64,000 nucleotides of DNA from NCBI GenBank assembly GCA_973851085.1, contig OZ316776.1, positions 11,718,001 through 11,782,000 of the forward strand, in the 5' to 3' direction. Below, piece by piece: positions 1 through 12,500 of this stretch. Position numbers and translations under genes: made by a program. The notes beneath the pieces are model-generated. The model did not search any database. It saw only the letters and a program-made list of their open reading frames with translations, and had not been told where the DNA came from. Each line of letters begins with the position of its first letter. Within the stretch, counting starts at the first letter, position 1. This DNA is from Ptychomitrium polyphyllum (taxonomy: Eukaryota).

Positions 1-519
1 AACTGTGGTCAGGTGTGCAAGGATCCTCTCTGAGGTCCCTGGAGAGGCAGAGCGGGGAAGTGAGGCAAGGAGAAGCAGGAGCTCGATATTAAGGCATCCA
101 TGGCAAGCAAAAGGCAGCACCTTGGCGAGTAAAAGGCAAAAGCCGTCATCGAAAGCGACGCGTCTAGACGTCCAGACTCGAGGTGCGGTGTTTGCTCACT
201 CCACACGCTCCCACAAGCTACGGCGGCTTGTTGGAGCCAGATACTGCGGAGATACCCGGAATATTTTCTCCGGGTGTCTGCACAGTATCACCGTATAGTT
301 CACATGCGCTACGGGATCTCAGTGCCACTGCCAGGCAGGTAGGTGGACTGCACATGGCCCACGGCTACGGTGGTCTCCGAGTGGCTGGGTGGTGGTATCA
401 TTGGTTGCAACATTGGTAATTTATTTGCAAACCTGTACTTATGGGCATATGGTTTACGTGTGGAGTAAAGCTCTTTCCATAGAGTTTGTTGGCATAGATA
501 AGCATGCCTGGAGGGCATA

Positions 520-3500
520 GGTTGAGTGCATGCCTATATGTGGGAATCAGTGAGGGAAGGGAGTAAATAATGACAGGTGAGCAGCAAGTGGGAGTGTATG
601 GTTGGATTACACAGTTTCACCAAGGTGTGTGTGCTGTGATTGGTGAATTATACTCTGTGAATGTTATTTGGTGAGGTAATGACAAGTAAGTTCTGTTTGC
701 CTAGGATGATTTCTCCACTTTCTCTTGGGGTGAAAGGGAATTAAATTTCAAATGTTGTATTAGCTTTGATGTGTGCACAGTGTTTGATATTTCTCATGAT
801 TGGATCCCAGTTACATAATCAGGGGACTTTTAAAACACCATGTTTAAGTTGGTGTTGTCTGCATCAGGATTGCCTGCAGGTTCATTTCTCTCCCTCAGGG
901 AATCCTGTTTTGTCAAATTAGTGAAAGGAATCCTGTTTTGTCAAATTAGTGAAAGGAATCCTGTTTTGTCAAATTAGTGAAAGGAATCCTGTTTTGTCAA
1001 ATTAGTGAAAGGAATCCTGTTTTGTCAAATTAGTGAAAGGAATCCTGTTTTGTCAAATTAGTGAAAGGAATCCTGTTTTGTCAAATTAGTGAAAGGAATC
1101 CTGTTTTGTCAAATTAGTGAAAGGAATCCTGTTTTGTCAAATTAGTGAAAGGAATCCTTCTGCGTACAGTGGTCCGCCAGGCCATTTCTCCAGGCTCGTC
1201 CAGAAGCATCTTGGCACTTCTTTTGTTTGGTAAGTAATAAAAACATTTGAATACTGTACCCGTTTCTGGACTTGCAGTGTTAATATTTGCCCCTGCATGT
1301 ATTTCGTGGTCAAAAGCAACAAAACGTATTCTACGTCCTCCTGTAGTTGTGAAGCATATGGTAGATATGGATTTTAGTACTAGCTACATTAAGATCTACA
1401 TATTTTTCCACATCACATTATCTGATAACATTCTTCACTAATTGAAACAACTTGCATATATCTTAGAAAGTGGAAAATCAATAACAACCTACAACAATGA
1501 TGTAAGGTAATGAATACATAAGGTATGAGTTTAATTTGGTGACTTGTCACACAAATTCTCTTGATTGTCAATAGAATAACATTTTCAAGATGCAATTGTA
1601 TCATTCGATGATGGGATTTTTTTTGTAGAAGAGAGTGTTTCCAAAGGTCACCAAAAAGCTATAGCAACTTTTATTCTAACTTTTCCTTAAAATATTTAGG
1701 TAAGTAATGGAAAAGTATTTTTTTTAAAACAAAGGAAACCAGGAAAGAATAAAATCTCATATCATTTTTAATTAACTAGAGGGTCCATACTAATTACCAT
1801 ATAACTTACTATCTTGGGACATTTGTGCAGGTCATGATTTTCAGATATTCTACCCAGATGGGTATTTGCACCAAGCCATCATGATTCGAAGAATGATGTG
1901 AAGTGCCACGTTCTAAAATTTTATAATATGGCAAAAACAACATTCTAAGTAACAATGCCTATCATGTGAATGTTTGGGTTGGATTGCTTGATAGAGTTGG
2001 TTATCCCGCAATCCCATATCCTTCAGTTACAAGGAAAGTTGGCATGCAGTATGCTTGTAGAAAGAAGCAAATGACGATGGGGTGGCTGACGGTGTGAAAC
2101 CCAAAGGGCAGGCAACAGCTACAGCCACAAAAAACCCAGGAAGTCCCAGTGTGGCAGGAGGCATCTTTTGACCCAACTGGCATCAAAGCTCACCCCCAGC
2201 CCCCACCCTGCTCCCCTGCATCTTGGATCATCTTCATTTGCATTGGTTGCCTCTGACTTTGCAGCTCCCACCTGTTTCAGATTTGACTATGTTAAAATAT
2301 GTGCATTCTTCAGCCAGGTTCTGGTTTTTTTGTTTTCTGCTGTTGTTTTTTGTTTTTTTTTCCCACAATGAAGAATAAAGGAACTACGGCACAGAGCAGC
2401 AGCAGAGCAACCTACTACACCCTCTCTTAACCTAAGTTACTCAACCACAGCTCTTTGGTTTAAGTTACTTCAATTCAATCTCTGCCTGTATTCTTCTTTC
2501 CTCTTTCTTTCTTTTTGAGACAAAGAGAAACTTTACTCCACAAAACTAGATACAAAGCTTCCCTGCAACCACTCAACTAGCCTAACAACTCTACCTGAAT
2601 TCACACATAAACTCATATGACAGGAAATAATGATCACCCCAACCTGTCCTGGTACAGTAGGTACGTAACCCAAGTGGTAGAGGTGGCCTAAGCCTAACAC
2701 TGGGACCTTCAAATGGCATTTAAAGTATGTACAACTAACTTGATTTGTATGAGCTCTTCAAGAAGGTCTATATGCACCGTAAGTAAGGGAAAAAGTCTCT
2801 AGGTATCCAAACCATCATGAACCGTTTTACAAGTAGTTGCTTTGAAATTTGGATAATTGAAAAATTCGTTCTTAATTCTGGAGATGAATGTCACAGACAT
2901 CTAATCATGTACCTTGGTTTAACTATTAATGAATTCAAAACTAAACATAAAGTATCATTCACCAAGTGATATAAAGTGTCATAAAAATGTTTTTTCTTAG
3001 AACACATAATACATGTGCAAGCCACCCCCTTCATCTTCCAACAATATTGTCCTTCAAATTTAATTTTTGACATTGCCACTTTAAATTGTCACGTAAATAA
3101 AGATTATCATACATAATACATCAAGTACTATGAATCATTATTGAATATACAATGAACAAACTAAATAAGAATGCATAACAAATCCATTTCTAAACAACAA
3201 TAAACATTCACAATATTTAAAGTCAAGAGCCTCTTATTTTATAAATGGAGAATCCAAGGATGCAAGAGTGTATAGAAAATCCTATATTCTATTCAATGGC
3301 TAAACCACCATATTCAAGCATCTCTACAACAAGAAACTTTCTCTCAAAAACACTTACAAAAATTGTCTTGGTAAAAAATTGCCAAATTATGGAAGCTTCT
3401 CCACCTAATATACTTCTAATTTTAATCGACACAAAGATGGCCAAACTTACATGTAGTACCAAATGGAGAAAACTTCCTAAACTAAAAGAAACTACATCCA

Positions 3501-6500
3501 ATTTGGTACTCAATGCCACATTATATGACAAAGTAGTTTTTTATAATAAGAGTCTATTAGATTCTATCTTTTAGAAAAAAACTTTATTGTTTATTATTTT
3601 TTCATACATCTAAATATTAATATTTCCCTCTCTAGGTATCATGTCTCAAAATTTGAAATCCTTTTTGTTTTTATAGGTTCTTATATGCAATAACTGTGAT
3701 TTTACAAAATATAACAATTTTATGTTCTTTTTTGTCAAATAAGCCCTTTTTCTTAAAAAATCATCATATGAGGTTTTATAAGTTGTTAAGGCCTTTAATA
3801 TCTATTGATACTTTGTTCATCATCTAAGGTGAAACAATCCATTACCACCAAAGACTTGTAGCCATCAATTACTAAAAGACTAAAACTACCATGTACATTA
3901 CCATTAACATCCAAAATCTTGTCACTAATAATTTAGGCTTGATAAATGGTGGTAATGGATTGAAATAGCTCCAAATGAAATTCCGGAGAGGTGTAAAAGA
4001 AGGGTTGACAAAGTTTAGATAAGTTTTGGGACAAAAACATGTGATAGACATAAACTTGATACATGGTGGTCATTAAATAAAATTCAAATGATTGTGCATT
4101 TATAAAGTAATAATTACTAATTATTATTTGAATGGAGTTACTACCAACTTAGTGATTTTCAACCTTTTTGAAAAAATTATCTTTACAAATTCATAATCAA
4201 ATCAATTTCTTTTGAAAAAATATGTTTTAACATTGAACCTTGTATTCTATCCACCAAAAGTTGCCAAAAACGCCTTATTGCGGTGGTATTGGGCTGTCCC
4301 CCTATCTACAAGGGACAACAAAAGGAAGGTCTCTGTATAAGGTGCAGCTACCTTATCATAGGCCTCCACACAGCAACCTATTCAAAATGAGCGTATGGGA
4401 ATGTGATATATATAGAATCTCTACACCATTTTTATTTGTATTTCTAAATCTCTGATTTTTTTTAATTTTAAAAATTGCATGCTGGAACGAAGGCAACCCT
4501 TCAACTTGAAAGAAATAACAAACCAAGGTAATGGTTGAAAATGTCTAACGGAAGAAGAACATACACAAGTAAATTAATGAAATCATTAAAATTTGCATAA
4601 TTGGCCTTTTGTGGCTGAAATAACTTCACTATACCACTTGTCATTTTATCAAGTATATACATATGCGGACATTTTCTTACATGAGGAGCACAAATACCTT
4701 CAATGTTCAATATTTGTCTTTTGTAAAACATTGTATAAAATATTTATCACTTGTAAAATGTGTCAGACCAAACAGAATAATTGGTGTGCTGCATTTAACA
4801 TAATTCTTTGCAAAAACTCTTTGATGATTCCAACTACACTGTCCGCAACTCCACACGGGCATTCAGCACTTGAGAGGCATCTTTGCCCAAGCCCAGAAAT
4901 GCAAGCTTACCAGAATACATACTGAATAGTGTGGACTTGCTAACATCCAGTGTTCAAAGACCACACCAAAGCCCAAAAAACTATCCTTTTGGGTGACTTT
5001 GTGAGCCTACATGGCACCTTATGTGCGAATCAGGATTGCTATGCTTCCTTTACATTATTGACTCAAGATCTCCACACTTCTATTTGAGGATCCTCATCCC
5101 TACTCTAAAGCATGGCTGGCATGAGTCTTGTCCACATGCATACACAGTCTCACAGCATCTATTATCAAGAAAACTGTCATACAGTTTTAACAAAGATATC
5201 TGTAGATACAAAGGGCCCCTGAAGTCTAACACTAAGTATTAAGCATAAGTGAGAAACCAGTATACTGAGTATATTTGTTATGGTGTTTGCAGCACAATGG
5301 ATAGTCTGCCTTTAAAGGACGGTGCCCAATATAATATCACTTACTGTATGGTGTACAAACCTAACCTTTACGCATGTTCCACAAATCCATCTAATAGAAT
5401 TGTTTCATTCAAGGATCTACCAGAAAGAATACATAATACTGATTATCGGTTAAGTATCTACAAAACTTTAAGCAAGGTTGTTAAGGACTGATTATAATTT
5501 TAGGAATTCATTATATAGAATGCATATTTCTTACATGCTTCATTTAAATTCTCTATATTTGCTAAGAAATCCAAACTTTTCTGAATCCATCTTTTCAGTT
5601 CTTTTCAAAATATCTTGAATTAGGATTTTTTTCAGTTCAGTTTAAGAAAGAAGGATCAAGTGGGTGAAAACCATTCAAATTTAATGTGATGAGAGGTGGA
5701 AAGTGTTACAAAATCTCAAAGATGGAGAGAAAGCTGGACAGTATTATGCACAACCAAGGCTGTGTATTGAAAGTAACCTACACCCAGGGCAACAAAAAGA
5801 ACCAGGAAGGAACAATGGCCAGCAAAAAGAACTTGTGATGGGGAGTAACACTTAAGATTCCTGAATCATAGTATTGTTTATGATAGTAACAATTTGAAAG
5901 TTCTATTGTCCTAGGTATCACAGATTTAACAAACCATGCATTATCAATGTTTGTAAACCATTGAAGATAATACATATGGTTATGTTTGAAATGCTCTCAT
6001 ATTGCATTTACTATACTAATAATGTATAAAGAACATATTGCAAACATGTTTTCAGTGCTATTGAACATCAAATGAACTTCCTCTATTCATTTTAGCAGCA
6101 TACAAAAATAACAAAACATGTACTTGTAGCATGGAGATGGTGCACCATTTGGTTTCAGATAAAATTTCATATTGAAAATCTTGTCAAATGTATTCAAACT
6201 CTTGTATGTAATTGTGATTTATCCTACTAAATAAAGCAACCTACCTTTGTATTGGAATGTGGAAGTTGTTGCTATGCAATTTTGCAGATTCAAAATGCTC
6301 AAAACTGTAGGTAAATGTTAGGTAATGATGGTTTTGGCTATGGTGATCATTTTAGGTGTACGTCCCTTAAGCTTAAAGGATACTGCTTCCTTGCCAGCAA
6401 TTTTTGCCCTTGGTGGCAGATTCATGAAGGGCAGGTGACTTTGACACTAATTATTATTCTGCCTTGACCCTTAAAAAGCCTTTTGCGCCTTGCGGCCAGG

Positions 6501-9500
6501 GTTCCTGGAAATGATGAGGCAAGGGGAAGCCCAAGTCATGGCTGTTAGAATAAGCAGGGGTCATTTGGGACAGAGGTGAGAGGCAGATTTGATGCATACA
6601 ACACCAAGAGTGAATTCTATTCACTACTTGATCTTCCTTAGGTTTGGAAAAAGGAAACTTCCTGCAAGATGTGTCTCTATTCTTGGGTAGCCTGCATTTG
6701 CATCGTTAGAGTCCTTGATTTCATGGGCAACAGTGGTCTGCATGGTATGGTGGCCCATTTCCTTGGCTGCCCAAACATCCCGATGACCAGCAACCGTCCT
6801 GCTGCCCAACACAACACAACTCATCTCAACATGTAGATTCGGATATACATTCCTCAGGCTGCCTGCCTTGTCACCAAAATGACATTCAAGGGTTAATCTG
6901 GAAGTAGGGTTTTCCAAGGTGGATTGAGAATTGAGATAGTGATGTGGAATTTCTGCATCAGTGGCTTTCCTTGAAATAGGTTGTTGGTACTCAAAGTAGT
7001 CACATGACACCCAGTAATGAATGATAACACTTGTGGGGTTGGGGGGGGCTGGTCATGGCCAGCATCACAAATACCTAGGTGGCGTGCACCTTACATTCCA
7101 AGATCCCACTTCCAAATTAGACTTTGCACAACATATATTGCAACATCTCAAGTTGCAGCATGGTAAAGCACAATGGGAAAAAGGCTATTGTTTCATTGTC
7201 ATAGAGCACACACACACACACATACACAATTGCAACTTTCCAAAAGGATGTCACTGATTTTCGAAATGATTACAATGTACAAGAATTGAAGAATTGGTGC
7301 TGTGAACATTGCTCGTTAGTAAGTAGTTCTCAAATACTGTATGTGAAGATCCACTAGTTTTTCATGGAATATCTTACATCCTGTAGTTAGGTTTGGAATT
7401 ATTGGGTAGGCTTCTTAGTTAGGGAAAGTGGTTTGCCTGGTAGCCACTCTTGCTACAGTATGTAAGATATTGGGCCTACTCTTAGTTTTGGAAGAGCATC
7501 TCCAATGCAAACCCCAAATTGTGAAGGACCCTTTTCTTGCACATGGATCTTTAAATCATATGCCTAAGAATGTTCTTTCAAAACGTTTCATGTAATGACT
7601 ATTTTCTAAATATCTTCTTAATTTTGCATTGGCAAATGTTAGAAGTTATTGTGGTTATAAGCAAACAAGAAATGTATATAAAATATATCCTAACATTAAT
7701 GATATATTAGTTTTTTTTTAAATTGAATTTTGAGACAATGTTTAAAAAATTACTTAGAATATAGAACTAAGAGTATTTAAAAAAATTCAAGCCAATAATA
7801 TATTCATATTCATATTATTTATATTAAGATGAAATGCTTATTTTATGACTTCCATATTTAGGCTTGAAGACTCCAAAATGTCATAAATTGAGACTCCACA
7901 ATGCTTCAATTTAATAAATATGGTGTTGTTTCAAATAAAACAAAGTAGCAATAAAAGATTATCCACTTGTAAGATTAAATGTCTTCTATCTTTGTGAGTA
8001 GAAGATACACATTGTCAATACTTGAAACCAAAATATCACCAAATGAATCACCTAAGTATTACTTTAATACCATATAAATATGATTCAATTTTAAATGAAC
8101 AATCTTTGTTAGTATCCAATGTTTTTTAAGTATTTTTTAAATTCAAGGATTATATTTTAATAGGAAAGTATGAAAATGTTTCTTTTATTACTATAATCAT
8201 TTTATAAGTTTTCATTAAATAAAAAAATTGCAAAAATCATCAAGATTTGTTGTCTTGCAATTGGTTGAAAAAATAAAATTTTCATATATAAATTGCACTT
8301 TTGTAAACAAGGTGACAAGTATGCTATATACTATGGTTTTGTGGCTTACATCCTTGAAAGGTTTTATGTCAAAATATATCACTAGATTTAAAGTACAATT
8401 GAATGTATTACTTGATGCATTGAGCAATGCATAGTTCATACTTGCACAAAATATACTTTTTTAGAAAAAAATTAAAGAAAAACATTTTTAACAACTTTTG
8501 TAAAGGTTAAAATATTCTTGTATTTATATCTTAAATTTTGTGCATAAATGTTGCAAGTATAAGGATGAAAGATATTTTTCTTCCATGACATGCAATTTCA
8601 TTTCATGGCAAGTGAGCATACATTTTAAAAGTTATTAGCTAAATTACTTTTGCATCAAAACTTATACTCACATTGCCAATTACACTAGTAGAACAAAATT
8701 GATCAACTAGATTCTCTAGCACTGACACCTAGGTGGATTATATAGGACTTTTATACCAAGTGTGCCACCAATTATAAATTTTAAAGACATGTTTTTGGAA
8801 CACTGCATTTTTGATATTATAGTAGTTGCCAAATTTATAAAAAGAAACCACGTCTAGGAATTTGAAGGAAATATATTAATGCTAATTCTTAATTTCAAAC
8901 TTCGTATTGAGAAAGCGTTTGAAATGTTTGTTGAGGAAGAGGCAAATCTGGCATGTGAGTATGGTAGTAGTAACTATTACTCTTGCAATTGTATTCAAGG
9001 GCAGATATTATTTACTTTTCTCTGTCCATGAGGAATCCGTTGTGGTAACTCTTTCTGAATTTTCCGCCTTGTGGATGAGGAGGTATCTCCCAAGTCCTTG
9101 AGCAATGGCGCCTCCGGAAAGGGGACCCATTACATGCAAACACGTGGCCAGTCCACTTGTGCAGCTATCATCTGGCAACTGTGTAACGCTGTCACGCCGG
9201 CCTTCATGTAGCATCTGACGGTGTGGAATGGTGAGTTAATTTCTTGCCATCTGGACCTTGCGCTCCAGCATAGGAACAGCACATAAAAATCGAAGTTGAT
9301 GAGCCCAGGATCAGCCCTTATCTAGGACATTGTTTGCAGGACGGTAATTCTCATCTGGCGTCGCTGCACACGTGGATGAACACAACATTCTGTAGCTGGA
9401 TGACTTTTGCACTATGTCAATAGTACTCAAGAATGATTTTGCGTCTTTCTCAGGTGCTAAGCTTTGTTGAACATTAGCTGTATTGGAGTATTTGGTCCCA

Positions 9501-12500
9501 AGGGTTTCATTGTAAAAGTGTTGCAAGGTCACATAAAAGAGAATGTTATGGATAGTAGGTGTTAGATTTATCCTAAAACGAAAAAACTTTAATTACATAG
9601 CACCTCTTGTTAATGAAGAATTTGTTTATCCATAAGGATGTTAGGATTAGGTTGCATGACCTAATGGACATGACCCCTTAGGATATGTGCCACCATTGAA
9701 CAATAGGGATAGTCAATTTGTACGTAATCTATGTTCTAAAATAATTTACTTTCAATAAAATGTATTGTGCATTAAGAGTTGATAACATTTTCAATTCGGA
9801 AAGTTAAGAATAGAGGCTGGAAGCTACATTTTGTTACATTTTGTTAAATTAAGAGAATATTTTCAATATATAAATGTGGTGTTTTAGGGTTATAAAGTAA
9901 TGGCAATTTGTAGTTTGGATGTTCCTGTAAAAGGATATGGTTTGTGAGGATTAGGCATGCACTGGCTTGGGTTTAGTTATTGGCTTGGGCTTTGTGTGGA
10001 CCATGTGAGGCTCTGCTAGTGGATTTTGTACAAAACTTGCTATGAGGGTGAAGCTTACTATCATTCCTTAACTCAACAAATATGACACGTACTGGCACCC
10101 ATAGTATTTCATCCACAAACTCAATTCCAACCTAGATGATTTGTATGGGAACTGTTAATGGTGCTGGAGAGATTATTTGGCAGTGGAACTCTGGTTTCTA
10201 TATAAATATGGTATATACATATGTATAATATACATGTATGAATATGGTAGGTGTGACCAAATTACAGGTATTTATATTCTACTAGTGAAAATTTGAATTT
10301 GCTAAGTCTCCTTCACTGAGAAATTTCTTCTTGTACTTTTCCAAATGTGATGTTTTGTTGAGTCCCTGAAATTGAGAAAAGTTAGTTGGGCTCATAGCAT
10401 AGTGATACATCTAAGGGGCCTAATGTAGTCTAATGATATCAACTTCAATGTCACTTCATCAAACCTACCATGATAGCCAAAAAAATGTCTTGGTTCATTT
10501 CTCTTTGTGGTGGACCATCACACATGTTCATATCAATCATAGTCACTCAATTCAAAGATTAAATGCTGGAGTTGGCATTTCTTATTCACTGTTGCAACTG
10601 ATTTTGATTGATATTGGCATTTACAGAACAGGACCACAGCTGAGTCAGAGGATGTACCTTTATTGGTGAGGGAGCCAAAAAGTGGTACTTAAGTGATAAA
10701 AGATGCTGTGACTTCATGTTTGTTTGGAATTGGATTGTGAACAAGGTGGTTCAAATTTGGAGAATGGTCATATTGGCAAAAGTTGCAACAAATTTCAGTT
10801 TATTCCAAGTCTCAGGATTCTCATACGTTGTGCTTTTACATGTTACTTACACCAAATATATAATTATGTGCAAATCACCTCCTAATACAAAAATCCACAT
10901 ACTGTTGTATTTCTTGCTACAAGATTCCGCTTTGATTTTGACTTCTTTTACAACATACTTTCCTATTTTCCTCACTTGAGCCCCTTGACTGACTTTGCTC
11001 TACTCTCACAATTGCAATTTGCATATCTACTAATTGAGTATGAAGTCTGGGGCATACATAAACTTATGTAGTATGATAGAATGTACAATAGAGCTGATAA
11101 TTCTCTATACTGGTTGTCATTGGTATGAGATGTTATTACAAAGCAAAGTGCACAGGGGCATACCAAAGTGAGATCCAGTACTCTACTATACTTTCTGCTG
11201 ACAGCGCTACACAGGCTCACAGGTACACTTCAAGTCATGCTTATCTCTGCAGAGTAGTCAATGAAGTGCAGTCTTTGGGTGCTGAGTATGTGAGTCTAGT
11301 AAATTGTGCAAACATGGAATGTCATTTCAAAAAGCAGACCAAATGTTTGATCCCAAACAGACTGGTCAAGTGAGATGATTAGAACCTTCCCAAGATGGGG
11401 TGTTTGCCCATCACATTATATACACACATAGAAAACTCACAGAATGTAGGATGCTTTGGTATATTCTGAACTAGACAAGAGTCATGACCTTGTGATGTGC
11501 ATTGAATATTTGAAAATCCAGTTCAGACAATATTTCTTAGTGAGAGAAAGGGTCACTCCTAACCACTATTTTAATGTGGAAATCATGCCACTTCTATGCA
11601 ATGAACTCCTCATTATAATGTGTTCCACAGTATTTCAAGGATTTCACTTAAGGATGCAGTAAGCCCACTAAAGTGAGTGGTTCCTGCTATGAACATTGTT
11701 AGTCTTTAAGATTTGTCTGTCTTCTCATTTTATTACATTCAAAATTATAATAGCTTTCTTTTGAATAAAATTTTCATATTCATCCCTTTCTTTGTTTTTG
11801 TATATTATCTTTCATTCCATTTGAATAAGGTGGATCTCCACATAGAAACACCCTTCAGTAATTATCTTATAACTTTTTTTTTGGATCTTTGATGGGTGCT
11901 AAGAGGAAGTAGAGGAGACAAGTACATCATAGAAAGCATAACTTCTTAGATGCTAACATCAAGCTTTTATCTTCAATTCAAACTTCAACAATGTTTCCAA
12001 ATGTTCAAATAGGTGCTTCAAACGTTACACAGTGCCAGAGTGTTCCAAAAACAATTTTGTTGTAAAATAAAATCAAAGAATTGGTTTCTAATGAATACTT
12101 AATATAATAATTATAAACAAACTCATAAGGGAATTTGTTTTATTTTTCTTTTATCATATTTTTCTTGACTCTTTGAGATGTCCAAATAGGTCTCATATGA
12201 AAACCAAGTATAATATTGTAGCAAGTGACTAAATTAATTCAATAAAGTTAGGTTTCCTCTTAAAAACATACTTGCAAAGCATTTGGTACTAATCATTGAC
12301 TTAGAATTACAGAATTTGACTGATCATTACTATATCTTTGTTAAAACGATCTTCTGACATGTTTTGTTAAAATTTAGCCAATTTTCTTAAAATTTTGAAC
12401 AACATTTTACAAAAAAAACTTGCTGAATTTTGTTAAAAAATTTATCTGATTTGTGTACAGTACTATAAAAATGAAGATAAAATACATGTAAGAGCTCGTC

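Noticed and set aside
5..518. ORFs at the window start
   Set aside because: Several overlapping short ORFs with no recognisable motif; they cannot be assigned.
901..1158. CRISPR array (28-bp repeats)
   Set aside because: The units are head-to-tail with no spacers, there are no cas genes, and the context is eukaryotic.
3245..3574. 109-aa ORF and its antisense ORF
   Set aside because: AT-rich with no motifs; likely chance or an unrecognisable relic.
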